NCBI GenBank assembly: GCA_951406725.2
Contig: OX597817.1
Coordinates: 124,186,001 to 124,250,000 of the forward strand
DNA length: 64,000 bases
Source: Octopus vulgaris
Taxonomy: Eukaryota
Direction: 5' to 3'
Of this stretch, positions 39,046 to 52,274 are shown piece after piece; within the stretch, counting starts at the first letter, position 1; each line of letters opens with the position of its first letter. Below the pieces are notes generated by a model, which saw only the letters and a program-made list of their open reading frames with translations, was not told where the DNA came from and ran no database searches. The position numbers and the translations under genes were made by a program.

Positions 39046-40390
39046 TTATTATAATTAAAGAAGATAACATTTTATAAAAGTTTGAAGAATGTTTCCCTTA
39101 GTAGTTTTAATTATCCATTCTACTTTGACACAAAATTTATAAACATCTGTGCCAATCAGAGAGATCTTCATAAGATCACATCCCACCATCTTAAAATGTA
39201 TATATAGGCATATTGAATGAATTAGTCTAAGATACAATATATCTGAAAACAATGTTAGGCTTTCCATGCCTGCACTGAATTTCGTTGTTGTAGCAATGTA
39301 TTTGATCATATCTAAACTTTGACTGAAACAGCATATAATTGAGCCAAATGAAGAGCTCATGCATGGTTGGTTGACATACAACATATAGCAGCCAAACTCT
39401 TGAATCACACTCTATTAATTTGAATAAGAAAAGGGTTCATCAGATACATCTAAAAAGATCTGATGGCCGTAGCTGAATACCTCTAAACACAGATCTGCTG
39501 AGTTGCAGGTTTGCTGAGGTTTTAAGAAGAAACATGATAATTCTTGGTTGAATACTCAGATATCTCGCATCATTTCTTTGCTATCTTTGGTTAATTATAA
39601 AAGGAATAGTAAGCCTGTATCCATGGAAACTAGTGTGAGTCTGAGTCATCAAAAATACAAACAGTTAAGAGAATTTCTGTTCATTGAAAAGACATGGTGT
39701 CTGACTTTTTGGCTTGGCCCTTCTTGGAAAAATGAGTTGTCTGTTGTAAGGATGTGAAGTAAAATTGATTTTGCTTAACTACTGGAAATTATTACAAATA
39801 AAATGGAATGTATATTGATTAGCATTTTATATTTTGCTTTTTAGACTGGATTTTTGAAATATATTCAATGATAGTTATTTTTCTTTATGATAATGCAGTA
39901 CACTTGTTTAATAACTGGAAAAGCTGTAATAAGGAGCAATGACATCAGAAGTTCGTTAAGTAAATAAAATAACAGCTAAAAGCTTTCATTTATTTATTTA
40001 GTCATCATAATTCTGTAACTGGCATCATGTTCTTTTTTAAGTTGATGGTTTTGTGTAAAAATGTTTATTGTTGGTTGTAATGTTTTAGCAGAACACACTG
40101 TTGTATAGAGCATCTATGTAATAACTATTCATCATTGTATCCATGTTACAAGTGTGATAAAGTTCTACACTAAAGTGATTTTGATATTGCAAGTAAATTT
40201 ACTTACCATGTCAATGTTCTACCACATAGTATTGTATAATGCTAAAATTTCAAACATTTACCGAGCTATGTAAATACTAGCTGCTTTAAAACAAAATCTC
40301 TGGCTTAAGTTAAATGTTAACTGTTTCAACTGATTCTATAGTGACATGAAAATAAAACCCTATTTATTCTTAGTGTTGTTGTTGCTTAAA

Positions 40391-40456
<66 letters not shown>

Positions 40457-40462
40457 TATTAT

Positions 40463-41017
40463 TGAGTGAGAAAGTAGGGCATGCCATCAAAGTGACACTG
40501 GGGTAAAATATACAAAGCCCAGTATACCCATCATGACTACCCATCTGATAAGTGTACACTAGGCACATGCATCACAGCCATATGTGTGTGACATGGTGAT
40601 CTCATATCAAGATAAACAGCACATGACCTTGCAGGTGGGGCCCAGTTAGAATTTTCTTCTGGTCAAATAACCCATCCCACTCAAAAGGTCCCTGAATAGG
40701 GGATGTTTAAGGATGTTGAATGAAACACCCATGTTTTCAGAGGTGAATTATTCAAACCCCAAAGAATCCCTCTCGACACATGGCTATGATGCTCCCCAAC
40801 TACTTCTGCTCGTGATCAGAGATGCACATATCATCAGCCACTAAGGGACATGCTCAAATGGTTAAGGTCAAACAACTGACAAGCAAGTTTGTGGTATTGA
40901 ACAGAATATTTGCTGTAACCAATCTTTTATACCAAGACAAAACAATGTACATGATAACTCTTCCAACCAGTTAAGATCAGAAGCCATGAGAGCCACTGCC
41001 TGGTACTGCATCAGGGC

Positions 41018-41020
<3 letters not shown>
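40463..41020. mobile_element. ~560-bp non-coding interspersed element embedded in (TAA)n arrays
   Basis: Higher-GC block bounded by (ATT)n at 40391-40462 and 41021-41060. A partial homologue at 18826-18936 also abuts (ATT)n at the same end. Confidence 0.75.
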
Positions 41021-41060
<40 letters not shown>

Positions 41061-41454
41061 GCTACTACTGTTACTGTTGTTGTGGTTGTTGTTATTATTA
41101 AGGCAGTGAATGAGCACATCAAACAAAATGCTTAGCTCTGTTTCTTCTGGTTTTAAGTTTTGAGTTCAAATTCTGCTGATGAAGATGATGCTGATGATGA
41201 TAGTGGTTAGACAGGGGAACTACTTGCATTAAATTTTTGTATTTATTCATTCAGCAGTAATATAACTAAATATCAGCTTGGTAGTGGGGTCCATTTAATT
41301 AAATACCCATTTCTCCCAAATGAAGTACCAGTCAAATACTCAGCTCATTTTTATTGACTTTTCTCCTCCCACCAAAATTTCAAGCTGTGTGCTATCAGAA
41401 ACAATCATCATCATCCTCAACAACATTGTCTTTGTATTATTTTTACTGCATAAG

Positions 41455-41672
41455 GGTAGTGAGCTGGCAGAATCGTTAGCACACAGGGCGAAATATTTAG
41501 CGGTATTTCGTCTATCGTTACGTTCTGAGTTCAAACTCTACTGAGGTCGACTTTGCCTTTCATCCTTTCGGGGTTGATTAAATAAGTACCAGTTATGCAC
41601 TGAGATCGATGTAATTGACTGAAACCCTTTGTTTGTCCCTCTATGTTTAGCCCTCTGTGGGCAATACAGAAA
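41455..41672 (+). mobile_element. SINE family B (well conserved)
   Basis: GAGCTGGCAGAATCGTTAGCAC...GAGTTCAAA...GAGGTCGACTTTGCCTTTCATCCTTTCGGGG. Confidence 0.9.
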
Positions 41673-42954
41673 TAATTATTTTTGCCGCATACTTTCACTA
41701 CACAAGAGAGGATAACTCTGAGTGCCTGGTGTATGTGCTGTCAGTATGTGTAAATCTTGGTGTTTTAGTATTTGTCTGGTTCTTTTTTTTCACTCATTCA
41801 CAAGGCCTATATTTTCATTTTCTGCATTCTAGTTATCTCTGTTTCATATCTTATTTTTGAAAAGTTTATTATCATTATTATTATTATTATTATCATTATT
41901 ATCATTATTATTATTATTTATAATTCATCCTTTGAGAAGTACATGATGTGTTATTCTTTCTTAAAACAAGAATTATGTACATCTTGGGAAACATGCCTAA
42001 AAGGTTAGCAAATTTACTCGATCTTAATGAAATGATCATGATTGATGAAGATGTACAAGGTTAACAAACATGTTTAAGTTTAGCAAAAATGCCTAAGCTT
42101 AACAAATTTTATATTAAAGAATGTTATTATTATTATTAGACAAATATATAACCATTTTTATTAGAATGATGCTAGAGGATTCAGTTGAATGTTTTTACAG
42201 TATTCAATTTTGTGGTGTGTTTCATATCATAATTCTTTCAAGGATCAGAGACTTATGAACCATATTCTATCCTTATATCAATTATCTTGGGCCATACTCA
42301 AAACAAGCCAGTATTTATAACATTCACCTCAAAGGGAATGATAATTATTTTTGTTTAAATGATGAGCTTTGTTTCACTGTTTCACAAGAACAGATGAGCT
42401 TGTGAAAGGTACAAATGTCACGGAATCCTGTTTCCTTTCAGTTTTGAATAAAAGATTATGTGCCGATACTTGAAAATATTATGACATTTAGTTTGTCATT
42501 GTGAATGATGCCCGCTGGTTATGAGATAAAAGTGATAATATTTAAATTTGAATTCACAGCTGTATAAAATTCACAACAGAAATGCAATACAACAATGAGT
42601 TTAATGGAAGGAAAAATTGCAGTACTAATAAGATATCAGCTTGCAGGATTTACTTTCAGATAAATGTATAACACCAAATGCAACTGGTTTCTTTCTAACT
42701 CTGAGAAGTAAGGTATGTACCAAATCTGGGCTAATTGTGGAATAATGGTTTTGGAAACTTGGTTAATTTACTGTAAAGCTTTGATAATCACACCTTATGG
42801 ATTAATTTCAAAGGCTTTCACATACTCTAGTCACACTGCAGTTACTTTTCTATGATTCTTTACAGTTTTTATCCAGTATTATGTTGTTAATTAGTAACTA
42901 CTCTCGACAGAGTTGCACATTCTTCATTTTCACATACTGTAAATGGCACAATGG

Positions 42955-43075
42955 TCCTCTAAGAATGGAGCTTTAGATGTTTTTGTTCAATAAACACACA
43001 CAACACCCAATCTGGGAATTGAAACCGTGCTTCTTCGACCACGAGTCCACTGCCCTAACCACTGGGCCATTGCTT
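42955..43075 (-). mobile_element. SINE family C (partial head)
   Basis: CTGGGAATTGAAACC...CGACCACGAGTCCACTGCCCTAACCACTGGGCCATTGC. Confidence 0.75.
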
Positions 43076-43214
43076 CTTTCAAAATTCTTATTTTGTTTTA
43101 CTCACATTAACTTGTGTAGATTGAACTATTTAAAACGTTAGTGAAAATAGTGAAGTTGTTTCTTCCAATAAATACATCTAAATCAAAAAATTTTCATGGA
43201 CTCTTAATTTACCA

Positions 43215-43292
43215 CAGTGGTTAACTAATTCACCTTTTTTTTCTTACATGGACTCCACTAACTCTTATATGGACCCCAGTTGAAAACCACTG
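43215..43292. mobile_element. hAT (Charlie/MER5-like) MITE remnant
   Basis: TIRs CAGTGGTT...AACCACTG. The right flank ATCTAGAC fits the hAT NTCTAGAN target preference; the left TSD is degraded. Confidence 0.5.
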
Positions 43293-43815
43293 ATCTAGAC
43301 ATTGGATTTTTTAAATTTTACATTTACTTCAAAGCATGTTTTCAAGTCTGATGTCACTAATTTCATATAGTTTTTTATTCAGCATGCTTCCATGAACCCT
43401 GATTTCATTCTACAATAGATGAAATTTGCTTGTTGAACATAACATTTTTTTTTACTCTAGTAGACTTTCAGCAGCTTTCAATTTAGTATCCTGATATAGG
43501 CTATTTGTTTTCATAATTTGCAGATTTATAATTTAGTTTTACAGCTGTGGTTGTTATTTCATGTTTCTGATGACAAAAGTTAATTTTAAGGTTTCTACTT
43601 TTGTGTTTCTCAAAACTACTTCTCTAATTTCTGTTGTATATATTCTTGATGTTTTATGAATGCATTGCCTGTGTTATATTTAATAACTATGAGAGTCAGT
43701 GACATATGGCTTCACAGAAATACCATTTCTTGAAATTAATGTTCTTTCACTGAGAATGTTTGCTTGCATCTTGACTGTGAAGCTTCATCACTTTGTAGTG
43801 AATTAGTATTTTGAT

Positions 43816-44186
43816 TACTCTCTTTTACTTGTTTCAGACATTTGATAGTGGCCATGCTGGAACACTGCCTTTAGTCGAGCAAATCGACTCCAGGACTTAT
43901 TCTTTGTAAGCCTAGTACTTATTCTATCGGTCTCTTTTGCCGAACCACTAAGTTACGGGGACGTAAACACACCACCATCGGTTGTCAAGCGATGTTGGAG
44001 GAACAAAAACAGACACACAAACACACACACACATATATACATATATACAATGGGCTTCTTTCAGTTTCCGTTGACCAAATCCACTCACAAGTCTTTGTAC
44101 AGCCCGAGGCTATAGTAGAAGACACTTGTCCAAAGTGCCACGCAGTGGGACTGAACCCGGAACCATGTGGTTGGTAAGCAAGCTAA
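43816..44186 (-). mobile_element. SINE family A
   Basis: Near full length; the 5'-most bases are missing. Confidence 0.85.
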
Positions 44187-46994
44187 CATTTTGTTTCACA
44201 TGTTGCTTTTATACTTCCTGTACAGGTATCTCCTTTTGCATCCATGTTTGCATGTATGGCTGTTTATTAGTAGCATTGCAGTATTTATGCTTTACTTTTC
44301 CAGGTTTCTTTTGTTTTTATGACCAACTATTAACTAGAGTTAAAGTATAGTAGATTTACATAGCTTGTCTTCTGATCCTAAAGGACTGAAGGTATAATGA
44401 TTTAAAATTATATGAAAAAAAGGCACCAAGGCTTCCCTCTGTACTTGATACTCAATCTTCATTCTGATCAAGCATGTCACCTTTATATAACATTCTTAAC
44501 TGTCACAGATGTGTTTGGGTAATATTTACATTAAAATCTCATTATTTCCATCAGTTATATTTTCTTGGGAGTTCTTGAAAACTTTAAACAGATGTAAAAT
44601 CTTGATTAGGTGACAGGCCTTTCAGATAATCCTATTGACTTTAGATCTTAGTAGTTTTGTGCTTTATCTCTTCTGCTACATTTAATCAGGTTTCATAAAT
44701 ATCTGCCAAAGAAAGAAAAGACTAACCTTTTGAGGATATTCAATTCATTTGAGAAAATCAAATTTCACTTATCACAGATTGTGATTAATGACATAGTCAG
44801 GTACTGCTTTGTGTATCTGATGGATTGAACTCTGTCTGCCTGTCTGTCTGTCTTTCTCTCTCTCTCTCTCACACTTTCTTCTCTTCTTAAGTTTAAAACT
44901 TCCTATTTAATTATTTCATCACAACAATTCCTGATAAGTGTACAACCTCCTATCTAAAATACACATAATTAATATGAAACTTAAGACATTTATTACTTGT
45001 AATTTTGAATGGTGTGAATTACTATAAAATTAACACTTGCTTTTATCATATTTATTTGTCAACAGCTAATGTAATTTTTAAATTAAATGCTAAAAATTGC
45101 TGCAAAAGGAAATCAGATTACACCTTGGAAGCTTGACAGGAAAGCCTTTGCAACTAATATAATGTTATTGCAGTGTTACATGTCATTAATTGCGTATTCT
45201 AAGTGACTGAAGTTAAACATTCATTTAAGTACCATTTTATGAACATAAGGCTCTAATTGAGTCAATCATGGAATGACTCTGCACTTGTTTGATCTCAAAA
45301 TAGCATTTTAAGATTACACTCTACTGTGAATTGGCAGAATCATGAGAGCATCAAACAAATTACCTGTAATATTTAGTTACAAGCTTTTAGACTATCTGTT
45401 CAAATCTGGCTTTGGTGAACTTTCCCTCACTTTTTCAAGGCTCAATAAAGTGAAGTACCAGTCAAGTACAGACGTTGATTTGAATTATTGTAAAATGAAA
45501 TATCCTTGATTGAAATTGAATTATAAGAGAAGACTGATTAAGACTGTTATCTTTAAAAAAAATGGCTAATTTCATCTTAAATAATACCTAAAGATAGAAT
45601 GGTGATGGTTGACAAGACTTTGGTAATAGGATTTCATCATTAGGGCTGGCTGACCTGTGTGCTAAATGACAATGACGCAGGGCTCTGTAATATAAGTTAT
45701 ATAATCAAAATAACTAAAAATTCGATTGAAGCCAGTGTATGACAAAAGAAGAGAACTGAAGAATGAAATTAATGGATCAAATAGTAGAGTTAATATCAAT
45801 TTATTGAAATTTTTTTGAGAAATATTTTAAGATGCACTTTTTCTAGAAGAAAAAAAGAAAATGTCTCAAGTAAATCAACTTGTGTTTTATTAACACAAAA
45901 TCAGTTTGGGTTACTGGCAAGTGCTGGTTCAAGAATGGACTGCTAAAATTCATGTATCATTTCAAGCTTGTGTTCTTTATAAACTATATAACCATGAAAA
46001 ATAGTAATTAGGAAATAAAAAACAGCCTTAGATTTTTAATAGTTATGATATGTTCTGATATTGTTAACAATAAGAAAGCTAGAACTAACATAGATGAACA
46101 GTTCATGCATGCTGTTTCAGTCTTAGCTTTATTTGAAATGAGTCAAAGCAATTTAACCAGCTTGGTCAATATGCTAGCATCAACAATGATTTTCAAAAAA
46201 AATCTTCACTCATTTTTCTAATTTGCATAGATTTTCATACAATTTTATGATTTTACTTCTCATACTATGTTACTGTTTTTCTCCTGTTTAAAAAAAACGC
46301 CAATTAGGTGAGAAGGGCAGTACTCCTGATCCTTGTACTTCTTTCCTCTCAGATTGATTAAATTAATACATTTGAATGCTAATGTATGCAACTAAATGTA
46401 GGTGAAGGAGAGAGCTATGGGTCTAGTATGGATGCTTGGAATACATTGAACTTGAGAAAAGACAATCAAGAATCAACCATGCAGCATGACAACCAAAAAC
46501 AGTTTCACAGTTTTAAAAATATAAACTGTTACATACTTTTTTTTGCATGTTGTTCTAATTTATAAAAATATCCAAAAGTTGTATGATCTGTAGATATTCT
46601 TTGTTTAAAGCATTCCCACAGAAATTTTTCCTCAGATATACCTTCAGATATTATACAGCTATCTCTATAATTTTGAAATATATGAACGAGCTGTGCTCCA
46701 TCAAATCATCTAGGTGAGTGGCCAGTTTGACTCAAAACTTGGTAACCCATCTAATTTATGCAAGTAAAGAAAGTGCTGAAGATGGTGGTAATGAACTTAG
46801 ATTCAATGGTGGTAGAAGACTACAATATGGTTGCTTTCATTTGATAGTTTTCAACACTTGTCAGCTGAAAGATAAAGTGAACCTTGGCCTGATTTGGCCT
46901 AATGCGTCATAACTAAATACTGCAAGATATTTTGTAAAATACCCTTAATGATTCTGCCAACCCATAACAGTATTTTGCTGCAAATAAGTAATAT

Positions 46995-47210
46995 TGGTTT
47001 CAAATTTTGGCACAAGACCAGCAGTTATGGAGGAGGGTGTAGTCAATAATATCAACCCTACTTTTCAATTGGCACTTATTTTATCAACCCTGAAAGGCTG
47101 AAAGGAAAAGTTGACCTTGGTAGAATTTGAACTCAGAACCTAAAGATGAATGAAATGTAGCTACATATTTTACTTGGCATGCTAATAATTCTGCCAGATT
47201 GCGGTCTTGC
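46995..47210 (-). mobile_element. SINE family B (a second diverged piece lies at ~46830-46960)
   Basis: TTTATCAACCCTGAAAGG...GTTGACCTTGG...TTTGAACTCAGAAC. Confidence 0.8.
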
Positions 47211-47939
47211 ATATAAGTAATATTGACTTCAGCTATTATTCATACAGATGTGCCACTGGAAAAGTTTGGCTTCTGTCACATTACTACCAATGATATTTCA
47301 TAATTCTGCTCTAGACATTTATTTAAAAGTCAGTGAAATCTTAAGCATGCCAAAATATGAAGAACATATTGCATGTAAGAGGTTTCAACCATTTTCCTTT
47401 ACCAAGTAAATATACTTACTGATATAAGATTATATGTCTTAACTTTATAGGAAAATGTTTGAATACATCAGGAGCTTTCTTGCTTTGCCGTTTATATTTA
47501 TATGCAGCTAGCCACGATGTTGTTGCTGTAATGGCTAAAAATAGCAGCCAAATCTTCATCAAATCATACGCCTTACTGCTTTAAAAATGCAAGTATGCAT
47601 TAGATATGATAGTAATAAGATGTCTCTTAATAGAATATTTCATGTAGGTTTGAGATTTTTGTAGTAAATACTTGAAAATTAATTTAGTAAAACATACATT
47701 ATTTTCTAAATCCTTCAAAGTTTTTTGCGAGTTTAATACCTTTTGTGCCATAAGCATAGGCATGGCTGTTTGTTAAGAAGTTTGCTTCGCACAATGTGCT
47801 ACAATGGACAAGTGTCATCTACTATAGCTTTCAGGCTGACCAAAGTCTTGTGAGTGGATTTGGTTGGTGGAAGCTAAAAGAAGCCCATTATATATATCTA
47901 TATATAACATCTATATCTATATATACCTATATATATATA

Positions 47940-48135
47940 CTTTATTTAAAAGCAGCAGAAATATAACATAAGCTGTTACTCAGAGTTTCATGTTCCTGTT
48001 CGTCGGTGTCTGACGAACGGGAAAGTGAAACTCTTTTGTTATATTTCTGCTGCTTTTAAATAAAGCATATTACTCTACCTCTGGTATTTGAGTACTCTTT
48101 TTTCCACCTTGTTTCACATTTATGTGCTTACTCTG

Positions 48136-48138
<3 letters not shown>
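47940..48138. mobile_element. Penelope-type fold-back with opposed hammerhead-like cores at the apex
   Basis: 47940-47968 pairs perfectly with 48037-48065. On the + strand, CTGACGA (48010) ... GAAACTC (48027); the inverted core lies at 47975-48006. Confidence 0.75.
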
Positions 48139-48169
<31 letters not shown>

Positions 48170-48176
<7 letters not shown>

Positions 48177-48473
48177 CACATAGATATTAGATATATGCTT
48201 GCTTATATGTCATCATCATCATCGTTTAACATCCGCTTTCCATGGTAGCATGGGTTGAGCAATTTGACTGAGGTCTGGCAAACCAGATGGCTGCACCAGA
48301 CCTCAATCTGATCTGTAGAAACTCTGCCAGATCAGATTGGAGTCTGGTGCAGCCATCTGGTTCACCAGTCCTCAGTCAAATCGTCCAACCCATGCTAGCA
48401 TGGAAAGCGGGCATTAAACAATGATGATGATGACATATAAGCAAGCATATATCTAATATCTATGTGTATGTGT
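48170..48473. repeat. 304-bp palindrome made of two opposed RTE 3' ends plus an inverted flank
   Basis: 48170-48315 pairs with 48328-48473 around a 12-nt loop. Confidence 0.95.
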
Positions 48474-49691
48474 TTTTGCATCCCCCAACCACTGACAACT
48501 GGTGTTCATGACTTTATGTTTCTGTAACTTAGCAGTTCAGCAAAAGAGACTGATAGAATGTGCCCGAAGCTTAATAAAAGAAATGAATCTGACTAAAATT
48601 CTTCAAGGCAATGCCCCAGCATGGCTCCAGTCTATTGACTGAAACTAGTAAAAGATAAAAGATGCTATAAACGAAATTTATATAGAGATAGAATTAATAT
48701 ATTTCATTAATTCTTCTGCTGAGTTTTGCATTGGTGTCATGAAGCATTTTGGAAATTGACTGATTGGTCGGAAATGGTGGTAGTTTTGAATTTTAGTTAA
48801 AAAGTATGGCTGAGGAAAGAAGCTTTGAATGGCCTGTCATTTACTTGCTAGCTATGCTTTAAGAAATGAATTCGTTTCTACTGTGTGTCAGCAATTTGAT
48901 TTATTGGTCTTGTATATTACTAGGAGTGTTAGGATTTCAATTTTGCAGAAATGCATCTGTCAGAGGTGAAATAGGTTTCTCTGTAAAGAGATTGGTGATT
49001 CCTTGACAATTTCAGTCAATAGAATTCCCATTTATATGGTGTGGGGGCAAGGCAGGATAAGGAACACTGACAACAGTTAACTAATCAAAAAGCTTTGTAT
49101 ACAACTTCTAATATCCTGTAATTTCTGTACGATCCTTTTCAGTGAAGCAGAGTGAATTTTAGAGCATGCTGAATATCAATAAGGTAAATCTAAACATCAT
49201 GTTAGACGGTGATGCTACAGTTCAACTCCAGTTAACTGTAAATAAAAATATAAGGTTTTCACTGAATGTTGAAGTGTGTAAAAATACAAGTGTTTACAAT
49301 AATTTGCAGTAAATTGATAACAGGTTATTTAAATTACAATAAACATTCATTTGTTTGTTTTTACTTGTGTTTCAATGCAAGCATGGGTTTCCCAAATATA
49401 TTATTGAAATATTGTTCTATAGCTTGGTGCTGTTCCTATCACTATCCTTTACCTGTTTTTCAGGTATGTAATCATTTGTTTTAAAAAGGTACAAAGAAAA
49501 TAGACAATTTGTAAATGGAAAATGATAACATTATTACTGGAAGGTCACTGACTTTCAGATGAGTGCAAATGTATACAAATACAGACATGCAGTCACACAA
49601 ACACACATACAATTGTAAACAAACACATGCATAGATATATACATATAAATATATAGGATTTTATGTATATATATGTACAAGTGCTTGTGTA

Positions 49692-49725
<34 letters not shown>

Positions 49726-49728
<3 letters not shown>

Positions 49729-50578
49729 TGTGGTGAATAAACTGTTGTCTAAATTACACAAAAATGAAAATAATACTGACATCTCATTTTAACAGATATA
49801 TTTAACAAAATTACATTAAAATATCTCGAAATACTAAATAGGAAACTTATTCAATAAAATCACCAGTGGCTTCAACCATGGGCTCCAAACGACTTTGAAA
49901 TCTACAACTCTTCTGGACAGTCTCCTTGTTTATGTTGGGCAATGTTGCCATGATTCTTGTCTTCAGTTCATCTTTGGTTTTGCAAAGAGTTTTATTGGTC
50001 TCTCACTCAACTGTGCCCCACACATAATAATCAAAGGGGTTGCAGTCTGGGGAGTTAGGTGGCCAGATATTAGGGGTGATGAGGTCGCAGAAACTGTCTG
50101 ACAGCCATGACTGGTTTCTCTTGCTTGTGTGGCATGGTGCACAGTCCTGTTACCAGACAGAGGGTCTTCTAGCAGCTACCCTCTTCCCCCAGGGCAGCAC
50201 TACCTTCTCCAAGCACTTCATATAGGCCTTCGTGTTGAATGGAGGCATAACGTCGACATAACTAGTGATCACTCCAAATACCATGATATTGACTGGATGT
50301 TTGATTTTTATGTATCTGAATCCTCTGCACTGTCCTCAGATTGACATCCAAACATTTTTAAATGTTTGTATTGGAGCTTCTTGTATGAATACTAAGCAGT
50401 ACAGCATGTCATTTCCAAATTTCTGGCAGAGTGAATTGTATCATGGTTTCTTTTTTCCCTAGATGGTGCCCAGCTGATCCTACAATACTGTATAGTAGTA
50501 AAAAAAAAGTCAAAAATAAACAATGTGCATGCACGAAATTGAATTATCAAATGGTGATAATTTACCCATCACAAGCTA
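49726..50578 (-). mobile_element. Tc1/mariner superfamily maT (DD37D) element, internally deleted
   Basis: Minus translation QDCAPCHTSKRNQSWLSDSFCDLITPNIWPPNSPDCNPFDYYVWG has 37 residues between the catalytic Ds. Degenerate TIRs (CAGTGTGGTGAATAAA / TTTACCCATCACAAG) lie in TA context. Confidence 0.85.
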
Positions 50579-50589
50579 TATATATATAC

Positions 50590-50882
50590 CACCGTGATCA
50601 CCATGACCGACCAGGTTATCAGATGTTGCTACACATCGCTGGTCACAATGCATTTCATATTGTTTTAGCCTTCAAAGGATGCCACCCCACTAGCTAAGCG
50701 AGCAGGCCAACAGAAGAAAGAGTGGCAAATAGTACAGCAGGGATCACCACCACCCCCTGTAGGAGCCTCATGATAATTTAGGTGTTTTTGCTCACTAAAC
50801 ACTCACAACGCCTGGTCTGGGAATCGAAACTGCGATCCTACGACCGCGAGTCCACTGCCCTAACCACTGGGCCATTGCACCT

Positions 50883-50884
<2 letters not shown>
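50590..50884 (-). mobile_element. SINE family C
   Basis: Reverse complement of the 12531 head: GGGAATCGAAAC...CGACCGCGAGTCCACTGCCCTAACCACTGGGCCATTGCACCTCC. Confidence 0.85.
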
Positions 50885-50960
<76 letters not shown>

Positions 50961-51470
50961 CTGGGAATCTGTGTGTGTGTCTGTGTGTGACAAGTTTCTT
51001 TCAGTCCTCATCAACCAAACAAGTTAATGAAATAAAATGAAAACATTCATAAAGATAAAGAGAAATTAGTCATTGGGCTGTAGCCAAAGGCTTCACCATT
51101 GCAAACTGTCTACTGGACTAAAGAGCAAACAACCATAACAGGACATACTTTTTTTTAGTAAACTTTTAGCAGGAAATTGCATTGAAAGGAATTAGAAATA
51201 TCTGCACCAGAGATTAAATCTGCACTGCAAGCTTAATTTGGCTTTTTAACTAAATTATTTAGGACAGTAGTCTGTAGAAAAAAAACATGCCACATTATTT
51301 TGTTGTATCTTCGTTGTCTCTTTTAGTTTTAATTTAGTTTTTTTGTTGGGATGAACTATGTCCCTTGGGGTCACAAAAGTAGGTGCCATTCAATTACTGG
51401 AGTGGATTCGCTGTGCTGAATCCTTCCCAGTATTTATTTAGGACATAATTCATGAAATAATTGAACAGAT

Positions 51471-51892
51471 AGGCGCAGGAGTGGCTGTGTGGTAAGTAGC
51501 TTGCTAACCAACCACATGGTTCCAGGTTCAGTCCCACTGCGTGGCATCTTGGGCAAGTGTCTTCTGCTATAGCCCCAGGCCGACCAATGCCTTGTGAGTG
51601 GATTTGGTAGGCGGAAACTGAAAGAAGCCTGTCGTATATATGTATGTATATATATATATGTGTGTGTGTGTTTGTGTGTCTGTGTTTGTCCCCCTAGCAT
51701 TGCTTGACAACCGATGCTGGTGTATTTACATCCCCGTCACTTAGCGGTTCTGCAAAGAGACCGATAGAATAAGTACTGGGCTTACAAAGAATAAGTCTCG
51801 GGGTCGAGTTGCTCGACTAAAGGCGGTGCTCCAGCATGGCCGCAGTCAAATGACTGAAACAAGTAAAAGAGAGTAAAAGAGAGAAAAGAGAG
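51471..51892 (+). mobile_element. SINE family A
   Basis: Full-length, well conserved. Confidence 0.9.
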
Positions 51893-52219
51893 ATTACTTC
51901 ATATAACAATATAAGAGCAATCCAAGGTTGTTTTTATGTGACAAAGGTTTCTCATAGTGTGGAATTTCTAATTCTTTTTAAGAAATTTGCTAATCACAGA
52001 AACACTTTTGGTTTCACCGTTCAAATGTTCAAATGTGATAATTTCATTTGCATTAATTGCTCGTACGTATTATGATTTGAAATGTTGTGCTTAACACATC
52101 TCAACAACACTTACTAAAAGAAATAATGCATAAATAATATGACAACATGAGAATGCGGTTCACACTGTTACATAAATTCTCCTCACCCTATTATACTAGC
52201 TTGAAAAAACAATAGTGAT

Positions 52220-52231
52220 AATGGTGACGAC

Positions 52232-52274
<43 letters not shown>

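Larger units (their letters stand above)
47757..48662 (+). mobile_element. Old family-A SINE whose internal microsatellite hosts two nested fold-back insertions
   Basis: 5' half at 47757-47890 (…GTGAGTGGATTTGG…AAAGAAGCCC); 3' half at 48474-48662 (…GTAACTTAGCAGTTCAGCAAAAGAGAC…CCCCAGCATGG…GACTGAAAC). Confidence 0.75.

Noticed and set aside
39055-39408. 117-aa minus-strand ORF in non-repeat sequence
   Set aside because: GTG start, no recognisable motif and no convincing splice boundaries.
40960-41020. Faint resemblance to the U2 snRNA 3' region (TGCAGTACC) on the minus strand
   Set aside because: Only ~9 nt match; no U2 5' end or Sm site.
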